From Bugula neritina (lineage: Eukaryota > Animalia > Bryozoa): a DNA stretch of 64,000 nucleotides. The stretch spans positions 19,575,700-19,639,699 of the forward strand of contig OZ037768.1 in the NCBI GenBank assembly GCA_964035545.1. Direction: 5' to 3'. Both the position numbers and the translations under genes were made by a program. The notes beneath the pieces are model-generated. The model searched no databases. It saw nothing but the letters and a program-made list of their open reading frames with translations, and was not told the origin of the DNA. Positions 13,801 through 23,600 of the stretch are shown here, piece after piece (position 1 is the stretch's first letter; each line of letters opens with the position of its first letter).

Positions 13801-16800
13801 GTGACAATGACGTGTGTGATCAAGTGTGTAATCATACTGCTCCACTCTCTTCTAACTATGATCCATACGAACCATATGAGTGTTCCTGCTTTCCTGGCTT
13901 CGTCATGTCAAACGATATATGTAAAGGTAAGTTCTTGATAAGAGTTCAAATTTATTTTTAACTAGTATAAAGTTTCTTGACTAAGCAAAAACTGTTGCAG
14001 TATAAAAATTTGTATTTGATTCAAAGTTTGCAAGCATGATAACCATTTTCATTGTAGAGCGTTGCTCAGTGGACAACTATGGGTGTATAAATGGTACTTG
14101 TGTTAACTACTACAATGGGAAGTATGCATGTCAGTGTGATGTGTACAAGGTACTGGATCAAGATGGTTACACCTGTAAAGGTTGGTGTATTCTGTTTGTC
14201 TAATGCTTAGAAAATTAAGATGGTGTTGTTTTATGCTGCTATTTACGATTTTAGGAAAAAATGGCACAGGTAAAAATGGCACAAATAGTAAAGTAGGTAA
14301 AAATGGCACACTGATGTTAAATTTTCCCAAACCCCATCCCCAAAACCCATACCCAAACTCAAAAGCCCTAAACCCTAACTCCAAACCTCTAACTCCCACC
14401 CCAAACCCTAATATTAGAAATGTGCCACTTTTACCTGTGCCATTTTTACTTGTGCCATTTTTACCGGACACCACTATTTATACATACTATCATACTTTCC
14501 ACATTATATTATCATGATGCAGTATACCTGTGTTTCATATTGTTGAAATAGCAAGCATGCATATAATAGTAATTAGAATATTGTGCATATATGATATTAT
14601 AGAGTGAGTATTCATATATAAGAGTTGAGAGTCAGTATGCATATATTAGACAGTATATATCTGTATAAAAAGTTATACATTGAATGTTGAGGTTTATTTT
14701 GTAGATAAAAATGAATGTCTGGACTCTAATGGGCAATGTTCAGACAGATGCTACAACACCGACCCCGGACACAGGTGTGAGTGTGATGAAGGAGAGCTCA
14801 GTCTAAATGGCAAGACGTGTGTTGGTTAGTTACTCATCATATAATCCAATATTCCATATCATTAAGCTACTGGCTTTAGAATTAGTGAAATATAAAATAA
14901 TGATTGTATCACCTTCTAGCTTCCAAGCCTGTTTAGGATTGTGCAAATCATTTCTCTTGTTTAGCTAAAAGTTTGGAGTTAGTTTTTTAACTGTCAGCAG
15001 TGACTTGCATCTGTAGTGTTGAGTTTACCCAGTCGTCTCCGTGGTGTAATGGTTCGCACACATGCTTGCAAGCCAGAGGTCTCGAGTTCGAATCCCAGTG
15101 GGGCAAAACTATTTTACAGCATTCATACTGTAGGATCCACAGTCTGTGAAGTTTCATCTCGCTAATTGTTAAAAGTTCTTCGTACGAATCATCTGCCAAC
15201 TTGTATATCCTTATGTACTGAGCATTGAGCTGCAATGTGTCTAGTGTTAAATTTGCTGTATACCATTTTTAGTGATCAATGTGTGTGAAGACCCGACTAT
15301 GGAGCACTACTGTAGTCATAAATGCGTGCACGTGGCACACAAAAGATACAAATGCCAGTGTTACCCAGGCTATGCGCTTGCTGAGGACGGCCTTACCTGC
15401 ATTAGTATGTTTGCTTTATTTAATCGGTCATGTTATCTGTAATTGTGTGTATTTTCATATATGAAACATAGATTATCAAGTATTCCATCTAGATGCAGTA
15501 TATTTCATGTTAAAGCATGCATATACATTGATTTTAACGAATACTAATAAATGCCCTATAAATGCGTGAAATACTAAAAAGTACAGCAATATTGTGTTGT
15601 GCCATTATAGATAAATGCTACATTGACAATGGTGGCTGTAATCACTACTGTCAGCTTGTAAACAACACAGGAATTGTGTGCTCTTGTAAGGCAGGCTATG
15701 CTCTGCAAGATGATGGAGTCACTTGCACTGGTAAGTTTAGGCTGTATAGTGATGCAAACTCTTAAATTCCCATAAAAATGCCACTAGGATATTACTTACC
15801 ATTTTCTAAGAGCAAGTGTTTTCTCGTGAAATACTCATGTCAAGAGACTATACTGTTTCTTCTTTTAGTAAAATAATTACAGGTATGTTTTTTACATTGA
15901 AATTGGCTGAAATATAACGAATACATTATTATTAGGAAATTATTTAAATTTGCTTTAAAATGTTAGTTACTGCATGGACTATTTTGATTACTTTATAAGT
16001 AGTTTTTGACTTTTTCTGGTTTTATTTATGGGTCAGCATATTTATTGTTTATCTACTTCTAAAAAATCTCACAGCTAGGTCCATATATATGACTGTCGCA
16101 GTTGAACTTGGAGAACTTATAATAGATATTGTCTAGAACGTCACCAGCTAATTTTTTGTCCATGGTAAATTCTTTGTAGACACAGATGAATGCTATGAAG
16201 GCACATCTGGATGTGATAAGCTCTGTAAAAACACTAATGGAAGTTACACCTGTTCGTGTCCTCCAGGGTGGCATCTGAATACAGATGGACATTCTTGCAC
16301 AGGTACTCTGAATGACATGACACCACAGATAGATTGTTTATCTATTGCTAAGTTCTTTGGAATATGATGTTGAGCTTGTGTAGGTGTCCTGTTTTCTAAA
16401 GCTGATAATAAATTGAATGCAGTGTTGTATCCCTTTCTTAAATAAATGAATATTTTCTAAAAGGCTACAAGCTGGTTTGCTGTCTTGGGTAAACTAAGGG
16501 CAACACTTCTGATTTTATTGCAGACGTGGACGTCTGCCATTTAGATAATGGTGGCTGCTCTCACACTTGTGAAGATTTGGTTGGCTTGGCTTACGTTTGC
16601 AAGTGTCCAGTGACCATGACCCTGATGAATGACACAAGGACTTGTATTGGTGAGACATGATATTGCGTTATCACTATGAGCCTATTTCACTATGTTACAG
16701 CCTCCAACACTGCATGAGCTTTTCACAAATATTGAGAGTTTCTCTGTAAATTGCATAGCATTTTCTGCATTTTGAACTGCTTTTCATTTTCACAGCTTCA

Positions 16801-19800
16801 AAGAATTACTATATAAATTAGTAGAGCTTTATATTAGGCTGTAATCACCATAGCTCTCATTTTATGTATATTTAGATAAATGTCAGTTGTACAATGGAGG
16901 CTGCAGTCACAAATGTGATGTGAATGGAATCACTGGCACTGTTTCCTGCTCTTGTAACTCCGGTTATGCGCTGCAAGCAGACTACACTTCATGTCAAGGT
17001 TTGTTGAATAGTTTATATTTAATTATGTTATCTTTTAGACTAATTTCATTCATAGGCTTTAGGATTCACCTTCATTATGGGTTTTCATTTTGATATTGGT
17101 AAAGGTAAGGCGAAAAAATATTATATACAAATGTTATGTGTGAGTTGTTTCCATAAAGATCTTTAAGTATGTTTTTCAACTGCTGTGTACATCATATTTT
17201 TAGCATTTTTTAAACTTTTTAACTTCTTTTCATACACATTATTTGACGTATTAAAAGCTGCAGACGTAGATGTCATCCGTCTGACTTCATGTCTGCTTAC
17301 CACAGTCATCTCACGCTCCTTAAAAACACACATGCAACAAGTGTGATCATAATTGTAGTAATTTTATGTTAGTGACTTACCTTTAAAGCTTAAACTGTAG
17401 ATATTGATGACTGACCTTTAAACTGTAGATATTGATGAGTGCGCCACAGGCACTGCTTCCTGTGACCAGATCTGCATAAACCAAGATGGCGGCTATACAT
17501 GCAAATGTTACTACGGTTACTATGGTTACTACGACTTTGGCTACTGTTCTGGTATGTCTGCCATGTTTGCTGGGTGTAAAAAGTGACGACATCCTGTGAA
17601 TGGGTTTTATCAGCTGGGTGATTCAAGCACTCATTTAATTTTAAAAGAAATTATATGAATATTTTATTTACAACATGCAGGGTTTGTAGCAGTTATAAAT
17701 ATGTTTAATTGCATAAAAATACATATTTGTATTATATTCAATCTCTTAGCGGTTGGTTTGTTGTACTTCCTTCTCTTGTGCAAAACTAAATGCTTTCTCT
17801 AAGTCGGTCTTAAATTTTGATAACAGAGATTTACTTGCGAAAGCACACAACTTAACTGAAAATTTCACGTTCTGACTCAACTTATTTACCAGTGCATTCA
17901 CTTTTTTCTAAGATCGGAAAAGTGTATATTGATCTTTTTATGCAAATATTTTCAATTGTTATCGTTTGTCATTAGCTCACAAATAACAGAAAATTATTTT
18001 GTCTTAGACTTTCATGAAAATAATTATTTTCATTTTAGATATCAATGAATGTGATAACAAAGACAATAACTGCTCTCAACTTTGCCACAACATTGATGGT
18101 GGTTACTATTGTGCATGTGAAGATGGGTACAGATTGTCCACGGACAGTCACACTTGCACAGGTGCTCTACGTGTGCCCACATGCAATACTGCAGTGTCTC
18201 CGTGTTCAAATATAATAATATTTCATATAAATTATATGACTAATAATTATGCAGATTTCTGATACCCTGATTTGATAGACTATTTCACTTCTTATATATG
18301 CTTTTTATTGAAGTTTGCTGCTATTGGTACAATCTGTTTACCTTGTTGATTGAATGACTGATTTTTACTTCCCAAAATGACCGTCACCATAAACCAATAA
18401 TATGTAACTGTAGGGTTTGTTTCCTTTCTGTGGAGACAATTGAAATTTAATTGTTTTGAAATGAAGTTAAAATTTAGAATTCTTATAAATTACGAATATG
18501 TGAAAATATTCTTGCAGATGTAGATGAGTGTGATACGACCGATATGAGCACCAGGGTATGCGACCAGTATTGCACCAATTTACCTGGCTCATATTACTGC
18601 TCGTGTAGAGAAGGCTTCTCCTTGGTAAACGGCAACAACTGCACTGGTCAGTATCATTTCCTGTTTATTGCTTTCTACAACCACTTCCTGTATAGTGATC
18701 TATCAGTCAAATGTAGATAGAAGAATCTCTCTTAGTAAAGTTAACTATTACAGTTAAAAATAACTATATTATGGTACAAATGTAAATCATGTTTATTTAA
18801 GTGCTGGTGACTTTCTTAACATTGGGAAATAATTTATTTCCTTGAATTTAAATCATAAAAAGTCACTCTTATATAATAATACAGTAAACTTTCGGTTTCA
18901 GACATTCTGGAATGTTCAGAGAAGAATGGAGGTTGTGGACATTTCTGTCATGAAATGGTGGGAGCATATCGATGTAGTTGTAGAAGTGGCTACCAGCTGG
19001 ATTCAGACTCCCATGGCTGCAGTGGTGAGAGACTAACTTACTAATGTACAGTTTTCTCTCCATATCTCATGGCTCCATTTCTCATGAAATTCTGTAGGTC
19101 AGAGAAGGGCTTGGACCCTCATTTTGTGGCTTATCTATGTGTTTATTGGGAAAAAAATGGCTAAATTTAACAGATCCTTAAGTTAAGTCTGAAGTTCTAC
19201 TATGTCATGAATTGAGGCTTTGGGAACTGCAGTTTAGTGAGATACGGAGGGAGTACTGTACATTATTCTTTGGTGGTTGACTAGCTGAAGTTGGTTAGGC
19301 TAGCAAAGGAGTAAATTGCTCAGACTTCTCGAGGATCCCACTCAATGTTGCAGATATAAATGAATGCTACAATGAGAACGGAGGCTGTTCACAGACCTGT
19401 ACTAACTCTGATGGTGGTTACTCATGCTCTTGTTCTCACGGAGGCTACAAGCTGAGTGCAGATGGAAAGACTTGTCATGGTATGAGTTCAAGTGAAGCTA
19501 TACAGTATGATATACGATATTTGGAGCTGTGCATTCAGCTCTTGATGCCCTCTTCACATTTTTAACCCTTGCTGTAGTGCTCATTTACCACAAATGTTCA
19601 CTAGTCAATGCCTTGGAAATATTGTATGCTTAACCTTTGACATTTTTCAACCACAGCTGTTGAGAGGCATGATGAAGTGAACACCTTCTGATTGAACTAT
19701 TGTCACACAACTGTACTCATAGAGTCATTGTCATTGCATAAATTTTATACATCCCTATATGCTATTTTAATCAACGAAAGCAAAGCAGTTAAGAGCTTTA

Positions 19801-22800
19801 AAATTAAGAAATATAACTATTGTGCACTTTTACTTTCTACACTTTGAGAGTATAGGTCCATATATAAACATAAATATATGTATAAAAGATAATAATCATG
19901 ACTCTGAAGTTCTTATAATTTTCCATCATCTATATTTTTATGGGTGTTACAGATTGTAGCTACTGGTTGTCCCAAGCAATTGTCTGTATAAGACTAGCCT
20001 GGTACCTAAAACTACTTGCTTGCTTAATTTAAATTTGTATGCTGTAGACGTCAATGAATGTGAGAATAAGAATGGTGGTTGTTCTCATAAATGTGCCAAT
20101 GACTGGGGCTCCTATCATTGCGAATGTCCAACAGGATATGAACTTGACCTCAACAACAGAACATGTCTTGGTAAGTAATTGCCTTCTCACTGACTTGGAG
20201 TTATCTCCTTGTGATGGGCTTAAATGCGATACGAACTTGAATGTTTATGGGCCAAAATCAGGAAAATCAAAAGTATTACGCCCTTGTGCTATACACTATT
20301 CCTAATATATGCTGACAAGTATTTTATGGGTTCATGGTAAAACTCTCTCTGCTAATGAAAAGCTACTACCTGTTAGTAAACTGTTAACTCACTATAATAT
20401 ATGCGTTGACGCTTACTTTTCTATTAGTCATAGCTATGATAGCGTCATTTATCTGCTGATGTTATCTTACCATAGAGCTAAACTTAGAACAGTCATTGCA
20501 ACCTGACGGACTGCTTATGATGATGATATCTTACTACCTGTCTGCTGGTATCATGTGACCACTTATCTGCTTATGTCATGTGACCATCTGTCTGCTGATG
20601 TCATGTGACCACCTGTGTACTGGTGTCATGTGATCACCTGTCTGCGGATGTCATGTGACCACCTGTGTACTGGTGTCATGTGACCACCTGTCTACTGGTT
20701 TTATGTTGTCAGATGTGTGCCGATGTCATGCTGCTATCTATCTAATATACTTTTTACTATACTGTAGACGTTGATGAATGTCTTTCACACAATGGAGGAT
20801 GTGATAGTTATTGCAAGAACACTCTGGGCTCTTTTATCTGCTCTTGCCCAGATGGTTATAATCTCACTTCAGACTCTCTCAGCTGTGCTGGTATGTTACG
20901 TTTTATCGATTACTTGACCACTAAAAGATGGATCCGTTGCTTAGTATCACAAAAAGCTTTAAAATGTTACTTAATCAGTTTTCAAAAGAACTCATTGTTA
21001 TACCAACTGTGATTGGATAAGCATGTTGTGTGAGGTAATGTCCATGTGTCTAGCTCATCTCTACTTTTTCAAAGTTCCCAGTGGTTGGTTTCGTTATATT
21101 CAATTTCCAAAACTTTCTTATTGTCTTTTGTACTGTAGATATAAATGAGTGTACCAAAGGTTTGGGCGACTGTAAGCAGTTATGTATTAACAAACCTGGA
21201 ACCTTTGAGTGTTCCTGTAACTATGGATACGAGCTCGGTGATGACGGTTCCACTTGTACAGGTCAGTTAGATATGGTTAGGTTGATATTACTTTACCTCA
21301 AGCTACTATCAATATTTCAATCTAAGCCTGCTCACATATTAGGTTCCCATGATCTTATATAAAAACATGCAATGAAACTCACAAACCTGGAGTGAAATTG
21401 CTTTCTTGAATGTAACAGGAATTAATCAAAGCCATTTTAGACGCAATGTATTTTTTTACTTTTTGGGCACATTTCAAGGAACAAATTTAATATAAAGTAG
21501 ACTATTTACTTTGTAAACTATATAAGAAACACACTAAAAACTCAGTCTAGCTTTGCATATAAAACAATAAAACTCAATTCAGTTTCATAAAGCTTAAACC
21601 CTTCACTTTTCTTGACTATAAGATGCTGCATTCATCATGCAGATCAGGTTTAGTGTTTGGAAGTTATCCTGGCTATTGTGTTTCAATAGAGAATAAAGAT
21701 ATATATGTATTTATCACCAAAGACTGGAATATGGACATATAATAGTCTAAAAATAGCTTTTTTAATGGCAGCCAAAATAGCTGTACACAAGCAAACAACA
21801 CAACAGAAAACCCATAGGATAGCTAACATAGCTATGAAGCTACAATTAAAGCTGTAATAAGACAACGAAAGTTTGTCAACACTGGTGGTGAATATGTCAC
21901 TAAAGTTTTGATATAATATATGACTATATAATATAAACTTATAACTAGCTAATTTCTTATTTTTATAGAGATAGACAGGTGCAAGAAGAATAACGGAGGA
22001 TGTCAGCATGCATGCACCAGTACATTGGCAGCTGCTGTGTGCTCCTGTAAAACAGGCTATCAATTGGCAGCGGACAAACAGGCTTGTATTGGTAAGCGGC
22101 ATCGATATTTGTACATTCACTTCTTCTAGCTACACTATCAACACTTCTTCTAGGTACACTATCAACACTTCTTCTAGCTGCATTATCAACACTTCTTCTA
22201 GCTGCATTATCAACACTTCTAGCTGCACTTTCAACACTTCTTCTAGCTGCACTTTCAACACTTCTTCTAGCTGCACTATCAACACTTCTTCTAGCTGCAC
22301 TTTCAACACTTCTTCTAGCTGCACTTTCAACACTTCTTCTAGCTGCACTATCAACACTTCTTCTAGCTGCATTATCAACACTTCTTCTAGCTACTTTATC
22401 AACACTTCGTCTACCTACACTACCAACACTTCTTCTAGCTACACTTTCAACACTTCTTCTAGCTACACTTTCAACACTTTTTCTAGCTACTTTATCAACA
22501 CTTGATGAAAGCATGCTTAAAAAACATTGAAATTATTTAGTATTTTACAATCATTAAGCACGCAAATCAATAAACAAACGACCTAAATTATAAACTTGAA
22601 TAGTTCTAAAAAATGTTTAGTAATATAAAAATACCAAAATATGGTAACTTACAAATATTATTTTGCATATGACTATAAGCACATAGAACAAATAATTTAG
22701 ACTGCCCATTTGTCCACAAATAAAAAAAGTGTTATAATAATGTCCGCAAGGTTGCTAGTTTAGTAAACAGCAGAAGCCGTTGCTGTGAATATTTCTAGAG

Positions 22801-23235
22801 AATCTGTTATTTATAGATATAGATGAGTGTGCTGGCCCAGCTACCGGAGGTTGCAAAGAGGTCTGCGTCAACTTAGAGGGTTCTTATCGGTGCGAGTGCG
22901 ACGACGCTATTGATATATGCCTGGAGGGCTATAAGCACGTACCCATTACAGGCCAATGCTTGGGTGAGTTGCGTATTCTAGAATAAACCTATCTAATTAA
23001 AAGTATTACTGCTGACTCCTAACACTGCACTTTCAGTAACACTAGATATGGCAACTGTGAATTGAGTTTCATAAATTTTTTAACTATATTCTAGTGTTGT
23101 TTTGCAGATATAAATGAATGTGAAGAAAACAATGTTGACTGTAAGCCAGATGAAGTATGCGAGAATCTGCCAGGGATAGATGGGAAATACCGCTGCATCC
23201 TGAAATATCCCGCTGATAGTATCCAATATTATTAA
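4850..23235 (+). CDS. Secreted multi-EGF/calcium-binding-EGF repeat protein, about 1372 aa, 35 exons (30 complete EGF modules, 1 truncated, 3 two-Cys loops)
   Basis: Exons: 4850-4870, 5013-5076, 5502-5546, 5963-6064, 6453-6581, 6991-7104, 7807-7995, 8486-8602, 9153-9272, 10019-10147, 10354-10530, 10817-10930, 11082-11126, 11695-11814, 12368-12496, 12989-13102, 13795-13926, 14058-14180, 14705-14824, 15273-15404, 15611-15730, 16180-16302, 16524-16649, 16876-16998, 17429-17551, 18039-18161, 18518-18646, 18902-19024, 19354-19479, 20048-20170, 20768-20890, 21139-21261, 21969-22091, 22817-22963, 23108-23235. The N-terminus [29 protein letters not shown] is signal-peptide-like. Internal module exons are phase 1-1, many with the D[IV][DN]EC..C..CxN..G[SG][YF]xCxC cbEGF consensus. 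Ends ...[10 protein letters not shown]. No TM, TB, CUB or vWA domain seen. Confidence 0.9.
7480..7538. mobile_element. Right-end fragment related to the 14.3-kb MITE family
   Basis: Contains GTGCCATTTTTACCTGTGC repeats ending in ..CACC, like 14420-14472. Confidence 0.6.
8740..9045. repeat. (AGTGC)n/(AGTGT)n pentanucleotide microsatellite
   Basis: Pure AGTGC core at about 8790-8960 with degenerate AGTGT flanks. Confidence 0.98.
11949..12059 (+). pseudogene. Decayed EGF pseudo-exon in intron 14 of the EGF gene
   Basis: The acceptor context resembles that of exon 11695. Restoring one base gives [14 protein letters not shown]; CKAG and a terminal TGT CTG|gtaaat follow in shifted frames. Confidence 0.6.
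12661..12817. mobile_element. MITE, about 157 bp, with about 29-bp imperfect TIRs
   Basis: Left GGTGCAGTAATGGAGAAATTGAGAAGAGCC versus reverse complement of the right end GGAGCAGTAGTGGAGAAATTGAGATGGCC; TA on both sides. Confidence 0.75.
14252..14472. mobile_element. Foldback/MITE-like element with triplicated subterminal inverted repeats and a CCCTAA-like core
   Basis: 3x (GGT)AAAAATGGCAC on the left, 3x GTGCCA(T/C)TTTTAC on the right, C/A-rich middle. Confidence 0.8.
15035..15220 (+). mobile_element. tRNA-derived SINE or tRNA pseudogene (head about 15035-15105; 3' boundary uncertain)
   Basis: A box TGGTGTAATGG and B box GAGTTCGAATCC at tRNA spacing; acceptor and anticodon stems pair poorly. 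Confidence 0.7.
19049..19258. mobile_element. Tc1/mariner-superfamily-type MITE, 210 bp (copy 1)
   Basis: TA|CAGTTTTCTCTCCATATCTCA...TGAGATACGGAGGGAGTACTG|TA; colinear with the copy at 39636-39844. Confidence 0.88.
20535..20700. repeat. 25-bp minisatellite (TCATGTGACCACCTGTCTGCTGATG-like), about 6-7 copies
   Basis: TCATGTGA recurs every 25 bp from 20551 to 20676. Confidence 0.92.
22118..22502. repeat. 24-bp minisatellite (CACTTCTTCTAGCTGCACTATCAA), about 16 copies
   Basis: Direct tandem units; they explain the repetitive ORFs on both strands. Confidence 0.96.
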
Positions 23236-23600
23236 TCAAACTGAATCCTTGCATGGTGCTTGGCTATTTTGCCAGTATTGGCTACCAAATAACTAAATGA
23301 ACTCATCACAACAATTTGCTGTCACACATATTATATGATTACATTATTTAGATAATATTTATATAGCTAACAGTTACAATATTCAATAATATAAAGTCAT
23401 CCGCATATAGAAAAAAAAGTTACTCTATTTGATCATCTTTACACAAATTTCAAACAATAAATTTTACACAATAATGTGTACTTAATAAGCTAGCATGTGA
23501 TGAAGGGTAACAACTAAAACATACCGAATAAACAACAGAAATAATGAAAGAGATTGATGCTAACATAAATATCCAAGTGGGTTACAATGATTTAGAGTAT

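Noticed and set aside
14103-14517. 111- and 123-aa ORFs, and an interstitial telomere
   Set aside because: They fall within the foldback element; the CCCTAA-like units are few and degenerate.
15035-15105. Functional tRNA gene
   Set aside because: A and B boxes are present, but the acceptor, anticodon and T stems have multiple mismatches; treated as a SINE head or pseudogene.
21963-22514. 165-183 aa ORFs with 8-aa repeats ([24 protein letters not shown])
   Set aside because: They arise from a stop-free 24-bp minisatellite; the real exon ends at the GT donor after 22091.
4850-23235. Naming the EGF gene FBN1/2, SCUBE, MATN or MEGF6
   Set aside because: No 8-Cys TB, CUB, vWA, EMI or laminin-EGF modules were found, so similarity would reflect generic cbEGF repeats.
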